A stretch of DNA of 64,000 bases, taken from Phycisphaerae bacterium (lineage in GTDB: Bacteria; Planctomycetota; Phycisphaerae; UBA1845; Fen-1342). The stretch covers positions 1-64,000 of the forward strand of contig CAXXWX010000010.1 in NCBI GenBank assembly GCA_963675745.2, read 5' to 3'. Both the position numbers and the translations under genes were made by a program. The notes beneath the pieces are model-generated. The model was not told where the DNA came from and ran no database searches. It saw nothing but the letters and a program-made list of their open reading frames with translations. This document shows, one piece after another, positions 1 through 11,415 of this stretch (positions within the stretch are counted from its first letter, which is position 1; each line of letters opens with the position of its first letter).

Positions 1-773
<773 letters not shown>

Positions 774-901
774 CGCGGGGCGCAATCTCACGGTGAATCG
801 TCAGTCGGCGAATCACCAGCCTCTGATTTTGGCGGCGGAGTGCTCGCGGTCGGCGGTTTTACGCGGGCCGCGAGCATGGGCCGCTTTGACTGGGTGCCGC
901 G

Positions 902-1569
902 ATGCGCGTGCTTCTCGTGGAAGATTACAAACCACTGCGTGAGTCGGTGGCCCAGGCGCTCGAGGAGGCCGGTTTCGCGGTTGATTCTTCGGCGGACGGC
1001 GAGGAGGGTTGGTGGTGCGCGAAATCAGGCGACTACGATGCGATCGTGCTGGGACATAATGCTGCCGAAGCTGGACGGGGCTGTCAATCCTCCGGCGGCT
1101 GCGCCAGTCCGGTAGTCAGACACCTGTGTTGCTTCTGACGGCGAAAGATACGGTCGCTGACCGCGTAGCCGGTCTGAATAGCGGCGCGGATGACTATCTG
1201 GTCAAACCGTTCGCACTGGAGGAGTTGCTGGCCCGCGTTCGAGCGTTACTTCGCCGCAAGTACGATACTGCTGACCCGGTCATTCGCATCCAGGATCTCG
1301 AGGTGGATACCGTCAGCCGCGTGGTTCGCCGGGCCGGCGCCCAGATTGATTTGACCGCGCGCGAATACGCGCTGCTGGAGTTCCTGGCACACCGCGCCGG
1401 CGGGATCGTCTCCCGGAGTGAGATCTGGGAGCATGTGTACGACTTCCATTCCACGGCCGAGAGCAACGTGGTTGACGTGTACATCGGCTACCTGCGGAAG
1501 AAACTCGAGCGTCCCGGCGCGCCGCAGTTGATCCACACGCGCCGGGGCCAGGGCTACGTGCTCGAGTAA
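902..1569 (+). CDS. OmpR/PhoB-family response regulator (CusR/CzcR-like), apparent frameshifts at ~1055-1085
   Basis: Receiver N-terminus MRVLLVED in ORF 902; LLLTAKD...GADDYLVKPF and winged-helix LTAREYALLEFL...NVVDVYIGYLRKKL...TRRGQGY in ORF 1126-1569. Removing one G from each of two G runs restores VLDIMLPKLDGLSIL. Confidence 0.9.
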
Positions 1570-1576
1570 TGGTCTC

Positions 1577-3148
1577 ATGCGATCGCTGCGCACACAGCTT
1601 CTTCTGGGCACCGCGCTGGGCACAACCGCCGTGTTGGTTTTGTCCGGCGTCGCGCTCTACGCGCTGATCAGCCGGACGCTCTGGTCACGATTCGGACGAA
1701 TCACTTGCTGATAAGGCTCGATCCTTGACCGCGCTGGTGGAACTGGATCATGGGCAACTTGAGTTTGAGCTCACCGAATACTCACTGCCGGAGTTCGAGC
1801 CGGCCGAGAACGCCGAGTACTACCAGCTCTGGGCGCCGGACGGCACCGTCAGTGCGCCGCTCTCCATCGCTGGCCGGAGGCAATCTTGACCGAGTTACGG
1901 GGGCCGCCGGGCGTTCCGGCTTTTCGCAGCGCGCCCGCTGCCGACCGGCCGGGCCGGGGCCGGGTCGTAGGTCTGACATTCACGCCTCGACAGGATGGCG
2001 CTACCGCCCCGGCGAACACCCCCGTAAAGCGTCACACTCGTTGTCGGCCGCGAAACGGTCGCCGACATTCAGGACGACGCTGGCGCGGGTACGCGGGCTG
2101 TTGATCGGGGTGGGGGCGGTCGCCGTGCTGCTGTCCGCCGGCGTGCTGGCCGGCATGGTTCGTCGCGGCCTGAGCCCCGTCGATCGACTAACCAGCCAGA
2201 TTGCGGCTGTGGGTGAGGGACGATCTGTCGGCCCGGATTGATGACGCCGGCGTGCCCTCGGAGATCCTGCCCGTTGTCGATCGCCTCAATGACCTGCTCT
2301 CCCGCGTCAGCCGCGCGTTTCAACGTGAACGACGATTCACGGGCGATGTGGCGCACGAGTTGCGAACACCGCTGGCCGGTTTACGCGCCAAGATGGAAAC
2401 CGCGCTTTCGTGTGAGCGAAGCCCCCGATGCATACCGCGACACAATCGGTGATTGCCTGGCGATCAGCCTGGACATGCAGCGCATCGTTGAGAACCTGCT
2501 GCACCTGGCCCGCGCCGATGCTGGACAACTCGAGGTCCGCAGCGAGACCATTGACCTTCCCGAACTCCTGCGCGCCGGTTGGAAACCGTGGCAAGATCAG
2601 GCTGCGACGCGCGGACTTGACTGAGCAATGGCAACTCGCGGAACCGTGCCAGGTCGAGGCCGACCGCGACGTGCTGGGATTGGCGCTGCACAACATCTTC
2701 AGCAATGCCGTCACCTATGCCAATGACAACGGCCGCGTCGGGATCTCCCTGGTTGAAGAGGCCGGCGACGTCGTGCTGGCTGTTGAAAACACCGGGGGCC
2801 GCTCTAACGACCGCGGATACGTCGCACGTGTTTGATCGTTTCTGGCGCGGCGACGCGGCCCGTTCGCCTTGCGGCACGCACTACGGGCTTGGGCTGCCCA
2901 TCTGCAAGGTTGCAATCGAGCGGCTGGGCGGGACAATCGCGGCGTCGATCGCCCAGGGTGATGTCTTCACCGTGACGATCCGCCTGCCCGCGCAACAAAC
3001 CCTGATCGGCTACCTGACCCGCAAACGCCATCATGCAGCCGGCGAAAACGCACACAACGCGCACCGCCTGCGAGCGCCGGCGTGGAATCCGGCGTCCGAG
3101 CGCAGGAAAGTGTGCATTGAGCATAGCTTACATCGCGGGTACACTTGA
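1577..3148 (+). CDS. Sensor histidine kinase (HAMP-HisKA-HATPase), multiply frameshifted; 3' end approximate
   Basis: TM1 in MRSLRTQLLLGTALGTTAVLVLSGVALY, TM2 LLIGVGAVAVLLSAGVLAGMV, H-box FTGDVAHELRTPL, N-box NIFSNAVTY, F-box VFDRFWRGD and G2 HYGLGLPI are spread over several frames. Confidence 0.85.
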
Positions 3149-3225
3149 GGGGCACGTATTCGAGCGGGCTATTTGGGCGGCCCATCCGAGACACGGCCGT
3201 GCTCTCTGACGCGAGGAATCGAGTA

Positions 3226-6200
3226 ATGTTATCTTCCGCAAACCTCCGGGGGTGGTTGGTGTTGTCGCTGTTCGTGTTGGGAGCGGTTTCGGCCGCGACC
3301 GGGCAGGACTTCGTGGTCTTTGTTGACGACGACGCGCCAATAGACGGAAACGGCCTTAGTTGGGATTCGCCGCGGAAGTACCTGAAGGACGCGCTCGCGA
3401 CACCCGGAGTTGATGAAATCCGCGTGGCCGGCGGTACCTACTACCCCGATCGCGCGCTTGCCGACCCCAATGGCAGCGGCGATCCCACCGCCAGCTTTGA
3501 CATCCCGAGCGGGGTCAGGGTCCTCGGCGGATATGGGGGCGTGACCGCGCCGCCGGGCGAGGAAAACCTGCGCGACTGGCAGGCGAATCCATCCGTGCTC
3601 AGCGGTGACATCACCGGCAGCATCAACAGCGAGCACGTCGTTACGATGCAGAGTGTGGGCAGCCACACAATCCTCGACGGATTCGTCATTGAGGATGGCG
3701 ACGCCAGCGGCTACGAAGGGCCGATTCACGGGGCCGGGATGATCATCTGGTACGGAAGCCCGACCGTCCGCAACTGCACCATCCAAAACAACCTGACCGC
3801 CTCAGATGACGGCGATGTAAGCTGCGCGGGCGGCGGTGTGGGTGCCGGTGTGGCGTGCTTCGGAAGTGCCGGTACCGAACCAACATTCATCAATTGCACC
3901 ATCAGAAACAACACCACCGGCGACGGCGCGAACTGCATCGAGTGCTCCACGTCCCCGGGCGGTGACGGCGCCGGCATGTACTTCGAGAGCTCCACCCCAA
4001 CCATCATCAACTGCCTGATTACCGACAACATGACCGGCGCGGGCGGTGATGCCATGAATTGCGGCCGGAACTGGGTGGATGCGTCACGCGGCGGCACGGG
4101 CGCCGGCGTGTGTTTCGTCAATTGCCTCGACGTGCGCCTGGAGAACTGCATCATCGCCGGCAACATCACCGGGGATGGCGGTAACGGGCTCGGCCAGGCG
4201 CGCGGCGGGAATGGCGGCAACGGTGCCGGACTGTTCTTCGCGGCTTCAACCGGCACGATCACGAATTGCACCATCGCCGACAACTTCACCGGAATCGCGG
4301 GCCCCGGCGCACCGGACGGTGTCGGTGGCGCCGGCGGCGGTGTGTACGGCGACCCCAACTCGATCACGATCACAAGCTGCATCATCTGGGATAACTCCGC
4401 CGACAGCGGCGATCAGTTCGAAGGTGATATGACCGTCCTGTTCAGTTGTGTCGCCGGTATCACGCAGAGCAACGGCAACATCGACCAGGATCCCCAGTTC
4501 GCCGCTGAGAGCGACTACCACCTCACGCACACCTCGCCGTGTCTCGACGCCGGCAATCCCGCGGCGACAGTCGTGTTCGCCGACAACACGGTGGACATCG
4601 ACGGCGAGCCGCGCGCGCTCAACTGGGCTGTCGATATGGGTGCTGACGAACTGCACTTCGAAGACTGCAACCTGAACCTGGCGCCTGATTCGGCGGATAT
4701 CCTCTTTGGGTTTAGTGAGGACTGCAACGGCAATGGCATCCCCGACGAATGTGATCTGGCTCCCGAGTTCTGGTACACCGTGGTCGTCGCTGACGACCCC
4801 AATGCTCCCGTCGGCGAATACCTGAGCATGGCGATGCCGCCCTCGGGGCGGGCTGTGATGAGCTACGTCGACGGCGCGTTTGGCGATCTGAGATTGTCTC
4901 GACTGCTGAGTCTGGGGGGCATCTGGGACTTGGACACCGTGGATGAGAGCGGACTGGCCGACGGCCACACCAGCCTGGCAATCGAGAGTAGTGGGTTACC
5001 GGCCGTGGCGTGGATTCGCGACATGTCCGAAGAGGGGGAGGTCCGCTTCGCCCGGGCCGAGGATGGTTGGGATTCGTCGATGGTGGCCTTTACCATGCCG
5101 GCGCCGGGACCGTGCGGCCTGGCGTATGGTCCGAGCGGCGAAATGCTGCTCACCTACTTCGATCCGAACGACTCAACGCTCTACCGGGCATACTTCAGCG
5201 GCGAGAGCTGGTGGTCGTCGACGATTGCCTCGCCCGACGCCAACAGCCCCACACCAACAGGCCATCACAGCGCGGCGTTCCTGCCCGATGGCCGACCGAT
5301 CGTCGCATACCAGACACGCCCCGGCCTGCGCGGCACATCAACGCTGCACATCGCGATCTTCAACGGCGAATGGTGGGAGCGCATCCCGCTCGACAGCGGC
5401 TGGGAGACGGGCTTCTTCCCACATCTCGTGCTGCAAGACAACGGCGAACCGGCTGTATGCGCAGTGCAGAGCGGTGTCGGACTGATTTACTACTGGCTCG
5501 ACGGCTTTGCGTGGCAAAGCGAAGTAGTCGATATCGACGCCGCCGTGGCGCCGACCAGCATGGCCGTATTCCCGGGCGGTGGGCCGGCGATTGCATACCA
5601 GGGCAGCGCGGAGCAGCTCAAGTTCGCCTGGCACGACGGACTGTCGTGGCACACCAGCATCGTTGATCCCGGCCCGGGCACCGGCGCGCGCGTCAGCCTC
5701 GCGATCCAACCCGTCTCGGGCGTGCCGATGATCGTCTATTACGATTCCGTGGAGATGCAGTTGAAGTATGCCGTTCGGCTGACAGCCGCCGGGGATGGCC
5801 TCGACTGCAACCTCAACGGCATCCCCGACTCCTGCGACATCTCGTCCGGCGTTTCGGACGATGTTGATGAGAACGGCGTGCCGGACGAATGCCAGGAGGG
5901 GGCGTGCTGCGTGCTGGGCGAGTGTATTTTCGTCCTCGAGGAAGATTGTCTGATTGCCGACGGTGTCTGGCGCGGGCCGGATGTGCCGTGCGATCCGAAT
6001 GACCCGTGCCCGCCGGCCGGCGCATGCTGCTATGGCGATGGGTCGTGTGAGTTCGTGTTATTGGCGGATTGCTTCGGCGAATCCTGGTTCGAGGGCGTCG
6101 AGTGCGAACCGAATGTGTGCCCACAGCCCGGCGCGTGCTGCTTCTCGGATGGGACGTGTGAGCTGAAGTCAGAGATGCAGTGCATGCTGGCCGGTGGCGA

Positions 6201-8178
6201 CTGGCAGGGTGAAGGCGTCCAGTGCTACCCCAATCCGTGTCCGCAACTTGGCGCATGTTGCTTTGATGACGGCACGTGCAGCTTCCTGCTGGAGGTGGAT
6301 TGCACCGATGCCGGCGGCGAGTGGCAGGGTGAGGGTATCGAGTGTGACCCGAATCCATGCCCGCAACTTGGCGCGTGCTGCTTCGCTGACGGCACGTGCA
6401 GCTTCCTGCTGGAGGTGGATTGCACCGATGCCGGCGGCGACTGGCAAGGCGACGGTGTCGAGTGCGACCCCAATCCATGTCCGCAACTTGGCGCATGTTG
6501 CTTTGACGACGGTACATGCAGCTTCCTGCTGGAAGTGGATTGCGTCAGCTTGGGCGGTGACTGGCAGGGCGCTGGAGTCGAGTGTGACCCCAATCCGTGC
6601 CCGCAGCTCGGCGCGTGCTGCTTTGACGACGGCACGTGCAGCTTCCTGCTGGAAGTGGATTGCGCCGACGCCGGCGGCGACTGGCAAGGCGACGGTGTCG
6701 AGTGCGACCCCAATCCGTGCCCGCAGCTTGGCGCGTGCTGCTTCGACGACGGCACGTGCAGCTTCCTGCTGGAAGTGGATTGCACTGACACCGGCGGCGA
6801 CTGGCAGGGTGAGGGTATCGAGTGTGACCCGAATCCGTGCCCGCAACTCGGCGCATGTTGCTTCGATGATGGAACCTGTCAATTCTCGTTGGAGGAGGAC
6901 TGCACCGACGCCGGCGGCGAGTGGCAGGGTGAGGGTATCGAGTGCGACCCCAATCCATGTCCGCAACTTGGCGCCTGCTGCTTCGACGACGGCACGTGCA
7001 GCTTCCTGCTGGAAGCGGACTGCACCGATGCGGGCGGTGACTGGCAGGGTGAAGGTATCACATGTGACGCAAGTCCGTGCGAGCCGGCCGGCGCGTGCTG
7101 TCTGGATGACAACACTTGCGCGCTGATCACAGAGAGCGCCTGCACCAGCGCGGGCGGCGTCTGGTGGGGGGCTGACGTACCCTGCGATCCCGCTCCCTGT
7201 GGACAACCTGACTGTAACGGTAACGGCGTGCCGGACAATCAGGACCTCGTCAATGCGACCAGCGACGATTGCAATGGCAATGGTGTGCCCGACGAGTGCG
7301 ACCTGGAGAGTGGCACGAGCGCCGATTGCAACAACAACGGGCAGCCGGATGAGTGCGATATCGATGCCGGTCAGAGTGGTGATGTCAACGAAAACGGCAC
7401 GCCGGATGAGTGCGAACCTGACTGCAACGGTAACGGCGCGCCCGACGACGTTGACCTCGCGTCAGGCGCCAGTGATGACTGCAACGCCAACGACGTGCCG
7501 GATGAGTGCGACATCGACGCCGGTACCAGCAACGATGTCAACGGCAACGATAAGCCGGACGAATGCGAGGACGACTGTAACGGTAACGGCGTGCCCGACG
7601 AGTGGGACATCTCGCAGGCGGCCGGCGTTGATTGCAACGACAACGGCGTACCGGATGAGTGCGAGACCGACGCCGACGGTGACGGCGTGATCGACGATTG
7701 TGACAATTGCCCGGAAATCACCAACGTTGATCAGACCGACTCGGATGGCGACGAGATAGGCGATGCGTGCGATCCGAACGACGACTCGGGGCGCCAACAG
7801 CCCGAGCCCGAACCGATCGAGGATCTTGATCCAAGTGCGATCCGCGCGCTGATCTATCTGCTGACCGGGCGGGAAATCGACTCGTCCGTGGACGACGTGG
7901 AAGAGCTGCGGGCGATCCTGCGCGCGGTTGAGGCCGGCCTCGGCGTCGATGGCTTCGATACCGGCGAATTCCCGGTAGACGATGCGTCGCGTTCGGTCGC
8001 CGACGTGGCGGGTGGTTCCCAATCCGCACAGGCGGCCCCGGGCGATCAAACCACCGATGGGACGAGCGACTCATCCGGCGCGGCCACGTTGGCCCTTTGC
8101 CCGACCGTGAGTGCCCTGCTGTTGTGTGTTACGTTGGTCGGCTTGCAGCGCACGCGGCGCCCGCGCCGGCGCGCATAG
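3226..8178 (+). CDS. Large secreted/surface protein: beta-helix (choice-of-anchor Q-like), beta-propeller-like region, 11 GACC Cys-rich repeats, DCNxNGxPDxCD and TSP3-like Ca-binding repeats, C-terminal membrane anchor
   Basis: ORF 3145-8178; ATG 3226 has GAGG upstream and a signal peptide. Motifs: FVDDDAP..GNGLSW, PTxxNCTIxNN repeats, DYHLTHTSPCLDAG...DMGADE, DADGDGVIDDCDNCP, and a hydrophobic plus Arg-rich tail. Confidence 0.85.
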   Translation: MLSSANLRGWLVLSLFVLGAVSAATGQDFVVFVDDDAPIDGNGLSWDSPRKYLKDALATPGVDEIRVAGGTYYPDRALADPNGSGDPTASFDIPSGVRVLGGYGGVTAPPGEENLRDWQANPSVLSGDITGSINSEHVVTMQSVGSHTILDGFVIEDGDASGYEGPIHGAGMIIWYGSPTVRNCTIQNNLTASDDGDVSCAGGGVGAGVACFGSAGTEPTFINCTIRNNTTGDGANCIECSTSPGGDGAGMYFESSTPTIINCLITDNMTGAGGDAMNCGRNWVDASRGGTGAGVCFVNCLDVRLENCIIAGNITGDGGNGLGQARGGNGGNGAGLFFAASTGTITNCTIADNFTGIAGPGAPDGVGGAGGGVYGDPNSITITSCIIWDNSADSGDQFEGDMTVLFSCVAGITQSNGNIDQDPQFAAESDYHLTHTSPCLDAGNPAATVVFADNTVDIDGEPRALNWAVDMGADELHFEDCNLNLAPDSADILFGFSEDCNGNGIPDECDLAPEFWYTVVVADDPNAPVGEYLSMAMPPSGRAVMSYVDGAFGDLRLSRLLSLGGIWDLDTVDESGLADGHTSLAIESSGLPAVAWIRDMSEEGEVRFARAEDGWDSSMVAFTMPAPGPCGLAYGPSGEMLLTYFDPNDSTLYRAYFSGESWWSSTIASPDANSPTPTGHHSAAFLPDGRPIVAYQTRPGLRGTSTLHIAIFNGEWWERIPLDSGWETGFFPHLVLQDNGEPAVCAVQSGVGLIYYWLDGFAWQSEVVDIDAAVAPTSMAVFPGGGPAIAYQGSAEQLKFAWHDGLSWHTSIVDPGPGTGARVSLAIQPVSGVPMIVYYDSVEMQLKYAVRLTAAGDGLDCNLNGIPDSCDISSGVSDDVDENGVPDECQEGACCVLGECIFVLEEDCLIADGVWRGPDVPCDPNDPCPPAGACCYGDGSCEFVLLADCFGESWFEGVECEPNVCPQPGACCFSDGTCELKSEMQCMLAGGDWQGEGVQCYPNPCPQLGACCFDDGTCSFLLEVDCTDAGGEWQGEGIECDPNPCPQLGACCFADGTCSFLLEVDCTDAGGDWQGDGVECDPNPCPQLGACCFDDGTCSFLLEVDCVSLGGDWQGAGVECDPNPCPQLGACCFDDGTCSFLLEVDCADAGGDWQGDGVECDPNPCPQLGACCFDDGTCSFLLEVDCTDTGGDWQGEGIECDPNPCPQLGACCFDDGTCQFSLEEDCTDAGGEWQGEGIECDPNPCPQLGACCFDDGTCSFLLEADCTDAGGDWQGEGITCDASPCEPAGACCLDDNTCALITESACTSAGGVWWGADVPCDPAPCGQPDCNGNGVPDNQDLVNATSDDCNGNGVPDECDLESGTSADCNNNGQPDECDIDAGQSGDVNENGTPDECEPDCNGNGAPDDVDLASGASDDCNANDVPDECDIDAGTSNDVNGNDKPDECEDDCNGNGVPDEWDISQAAGVDCNDNGVPDECETDADGDGVIDDCDNCPEITNVDQTDSDGDEIGDACDPNDDSGRQQPEPEPIEDLDPSAIRALIYLLTGREIDSSVDDVEELRAILRAVEAGLGVDGFDTGEFPVDDASRSVADVAGGSQSAQAAPGDQTTDGTSDSSGAATLALCPTVSALLLCVTLVGLQRTRRPRRRA
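5899..7209 (+). repeat. Intragenic tandem array of 11 units of ~120 bp (40 aa: GACCFDDGTCSFLLEVDCTDAGGDWQGEGVECDPNPCPQL)
   Basis: The 120-bp periodicity is directly visible in the DNA from ~6130 to 7090; each unit has six Cys. Confidence 0.95.
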
Positions 8179-8251
8179 GCTCGCTGGGGCCCGCGGCGAC
8201 AACTCAACGGGGGGCGGCGTCGAGTCCTCCCCGAGATTAGCGCGCCGCCCG

Positions 8252-8279
8252 GGAACTCCGCGCGAACTGCGGCGTCTAA
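8252..8279 (+). promoter_or_regulatory. Candidate ECF-sigma promoter
   Basis: GGAAC-N16-CGTCTAA, 55 bp upstream of ATG 8335 (RBS GGAGG). Confidence 0.5.
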
Positions 8280-8334
8280 TGTCCCGGCACAAAAGCCGAC
8301 TACGGACTAACAACATCGATCAGGGAGGCGCCCC

Positions 8335-9627
8335 ATGCGAATCGCACTGCTGGCCACCGTACTGCTGACCGCCGTCGGAACCCACGCCGACGTCTTGGAG
8401 ACGAAGCACGCCGACGTCACATTCACCGGTGTGGATAGGGCGTATGCACAGGCCATTGCGGACGTTCTGGCCGCCGCGCGCAAGATTTACCTCGACGAGT
8501 TCGCCGCCGATCTGCCGGAGAAGTTCTTCGTTCAGGTGACCTGCGCGCGGGGCGAACCAACGCGGCTGTATACCGATGGCCAGGACCATGTGTCCCTGTC
8601 GGTGCCCAGCGTGAAGAAGCTGGCCCAACCAAGCGCATCCGGCGTCCATAATGTCTATGGAATGTGCCACGAGCTGGGGCACATGGTGATGTACCGCGTG
8701 CTGAAAGACCGTGACTGGCTGACATCCGCGGCGGCCGAAGGCTGGGCGCACTACGCCGGCTCGGTCGTGGTTGACGGCGTATTCGCGGAGCTGGGGGCGG
8801 ACGTCTGGCCCGACCCGCACGACTATCGCGATGACGGCCTCCAGCGGCTGGCGCAGCAACTGGCCGCCGACAAACCATCCGAGATTACGCGGGCCGCCGG
8901 CATGTGGCAGGAACTCGAGGAGTTGGTCGGTCGGCCGGGCCTGGTGAAGCTGTTTGGAGTATGGCAGCGATCCGACATCGACGCGACTGCGCCACAGGAA
9001 TCCGTATTGGCCGGCATCGCTGAGCTGCACCCGAAGAGCAAGGATCGCCTGGACAAGTGGTGGGAGACCGCCGGCCCGTTGCTGGTCGAGCCGCGTGCGC
9101 GCAGCGCGAAGCAGGCGGTGCGTGCGCGGGCCACGCAATTGACCGGCAAGCCGCTCATCCTCGGGGCTGATGATGACTCGATGGAGGGGCGCAAGTCGAT
9201 CGCCGGCGGTGGTCACGCCCGGAAGTTCGCGTCGCCGGGAGGCGGAGACTGGTATCTGCGCGCTGTGTGGGTGTACGGCGCCCGCTATGGACGTCCACGC
9301 GAAGCCAGCCGATTCGACGTGGCCCTGTGTGATACGGAGTTGAAATCGATCGCTTCCGCAAAGAAGCCGTATACGTCATTCAGTCGTGGCGACATGGAGT
9401 GGGTGCGCTTGGAGGTTACGCCGACGCGCGTCCCCGCGGAGTTTTACGTTTGCCTGAATTTCCGTCCGACGGCCACGAAGGGTGTGTACGTGGCGTTCGA
9501 CGACAGCACACAGGGCAACTCGCTGGTGGGTACGCCCGGCAAGCCGGGCTCGTCTTTCGACGCCGGCGACTGGATGATCCGTGCCGAGCTGGACCAGCTC
9601 AAGAGCTCGGATGCCTTGGGAGACTAG
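8335..9627 (+). CDS. Secreted putative zinc metallopeptidase (gluzincin-like) with C-terminal beta-sandwich domain
   Basis: Signal peptide; HELGH followed by AAAEGWAHY (third-ligand Glu); strong RBS. Confidence 0.65.
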   Translation: MRIALLATVLLTAVGTHADVLETKHADVTFTGVDRAYAQAIADVLAAARKIYLDEFAADLPEKFFVQVTCARGEPTRLYTDGQDHVSLSVPSVKKLAQPSASGVHNVYGMCHELGHMVMYRVLKDRDWLTSAAAEGWAHYAGSVVVDGVFAELGADVWPDPHDYRDDGLQRLAQQLAADKPSEITRAAGMWQELEELVGRPGLVKLFGVWQRSDIDATAPQESVLAGIAELHPKSKDRLDKWWETAGPLLVEPRARSAKQAVRARATQLTGKPLILGADDDSMEGRKSIAGGGHARKFASPGGGDWYLRAVWVYGARYGRPREASRFDVALCDTELKSIASAKKPYTSFSRGDMEWVRLEVTPTRVPAEFYVCLNFRPTATKGVYVAFDDSTQGNSLVGTPGKPGSSFDAGDWMIRAELDQLKSSDALGD

Positions 9628-9650
9628 CGCGCGGCATGGTAGGGGGGGTG

Positions 9651-9992
9651 CTACGATTCGAGCTCGAAGAACTGCTGTGTGCGCGTCATGCCAAGCACAT
9701 GACGCACGGTATCTGATACGCCGCGCAGTCGCAGCGTCGGTTGACGGTCGCGGATCACCTTGTGGATGGTGAGCATCAGACCAAGCTGCCGGCTGCTGAT
9801 GGCGGGCAACTGCTCCAGGTCCATCTCGAATCTGATGTTCTTTTCCAGCAGATCCGCCAACCGGTTGCGCAACTGGGATTCGTAGCTGTCAGGAATCTCC
9901 AGCGCGACCACGCTCGGCTCGGCCAGCGTGATGGTCGCGCGCTCAGCCTCCACATCGAGCAGCAGCGGTCCGATTTTGATTGGTTCGGCCAC
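9651..9992 (-). CDS. STAS-domain protein (anti-sigma-factor antagonist-like)
   Basis: MDLEQLPAISSRQLGLML...LRLRGVSDTVRHVLGMTRTQQFF matches the STAS pattern. Confidence 0.75.
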   Translation of the reverse strand: MAEPIKIGPLLLDVEAERATITLAEPSVVALEIPDSYESQLRNRLADLLEKNIRFEMDLEQLPAISSRQLGLMLTIHKVIRDRQPTLRLRGVSDTVRHVLGMTRTQQFFELES

Positions 9993-10178
9993 GTGAATCT
10001 CCGATGGGCCATGCCACGCTTATATTGACTCGCGCGACCCCGCTGTGTCAAGCGGGACCGCCCGCTATACTACGCGCCGGACACGGTGGCCGTCGGCTCG
10101 GCCATCACGGCGACAGAATGTGACGGACCTGCACGCTTACCCGTGGGTCGCCGTTACCATTCCCGGAGAGGATTGCTT

Positions 10179-10625
10179 GTGAGACCTGTTTTGAAGGTAC
10201 GCCGCGAACCGGGCACCAGCGACCTGCCCCTGCCGCGATACATGTCGGATCACGCGGCGGGTCTTGATCTATATGCCTCGAACGACGAGCCCATCGTGAT
10301 CGCGCCGGGCGAGATCAAGCTCGTGCCGACCGGCCTGTTTGTGGAAATCCCGGTTGGCTACGAGGGGCAGGTGCGCGCCCGCAGCGGGCTGGCGTTGCGA
10401 CACGGCCTGATGCTGCCAAACGCGCCCGGGACCATCGACGCCGACTATCGCGGTGAGCTTCAGGTCGTGCTGGCCAACTGCTCGCGCGCGCCTTACACGA
10501 TCACGCGCGGCACTCGTTTCGCCCAGCTTGTGATCACCAAGGTGGAACACGTTGAAGTCATCGAGACACAGGAACTGACCGCCACGGCGCGCGACGCCGG
10601 CGGCTTTGGACACACCGGACACTGA
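10179..10625 (+). CDS. dut: dUTP diphosphatase
   Basis: All five motifs are present: [39 protein letters not shown] start follows GGAGAGG. Confidence 0.97.
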   Translation: MRPVLKVRREPGTSDLPLPRYMSDHAAGLDLYASNDEPIVIAPGEIKLVPTGLFVEIPVGYEGQVRARSGLALRHGLMLPNAPGTIDADYRGELQVVLANCSRAPYTITRGTRFAQLVITKVEHVEVIETQELTATARDAGGFGHTGH

Positions 10626-10626
10626 C

Positions 10627-11403
10627 GTGAGGATCGCAAACGTGTGCGGGCGGCCGGCGATCAGATTGCGGACCGGGGCCGTATTCGCCGCGGTGGTCGC
10701 GATCACAGCCGTCGGCTGCCGGGCACCTGATCTCAGATTGCAGCATCCCAACGCGGGGGTCGTCTGGCTGTTCCCCGGCGTCGAGGGCGGCGCTCGTCTT
10801 CTGTACAGAGCCTGTAACGCGTATCGCGATCATGGTGTCGACGCCGAGCTCAGGATCTTTGACTGGCAGCGCGTCGGCGGCACACTGGCAAACCTGACCG
10901 ATTACGATGGCAATCGCGCCAGAGCGGTGAAGACCGCGCGCGAGATCGCCGAGTATCAACGCCTGCATCCCGAGCGGACGATCGACCTCGTCGGCTACTC
11001 GGGTGGCGGTGGCATGGCGATATTCGTGGCCGAGGAGCTGCCAACCGACGTGCGCGTGCGCAACATTGTGCTGGCGCACCCGGCACTCAGCCCGGATTAC
11101 AACCTGACGCGCGCCTTGCGTCACGTCGACGGCACGCTCGTGAATTTCCACTCGCCGGCGGATTGGCTGATACTGGGCGCGGGGACGACGGTTTGGGGCA
11201 CGATGGACCGCAAGCACGTGGCGTCGGCCGGCAAGGTCGGGTTCGACACCAAGTTGGCCGTGCCCGACCGAACCTTGCGCGAACGTCTCTGTCAACGCCG
11301 CTGGAACAAGGCCATGCTCGAAGCGGCTCACTTGGGAAACCACATATCGATCATGAACTACGAATGGAACAAGCGTTTCGTAGCGCCATACCTTGATCGC
11401 TGA
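10627..11403 (+). CDS. Alpha/beta-hydrolase-fold lipoprotein
   Basis: Lipobox AVGC, nucleophile elbow LVGYSGGG, SPADWLIL and a C-terminal GNH; starts right after the dut stop. Confidence 0.75.
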   Translation: MRIANVCGRPAIRLRTGAVFAAVVAITAVGCRAPDLRLQHPNAGVVWLFPGVEGGARLLYRACNAYRDHGVDAELRIFDWQRVGGTLANLTDYDGNRARAVKTAREIAEYQRLHPERTIDLVGYSGGGGMAIFVAEELPTDVRVRNIVLAHPALSPDYNLTRALRHVDGTLVNFHSPADWLILGAGTTVWGTMDRKHVASAGKVGFDTKLAVPDRTLRERLCQRRWNKAMLEAAHLGNHISIMNYEWNKRFVAPYLDR

Positions 11404-11415
11404 CCAGGCGCGTGC

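Noticed and set aside
6130..7090. Regular repeats resembling a CRISPR array
   Set aside because: They are contiguous in-frame 120-bp coding repeats with no unique spacers, and no cas genes are present.
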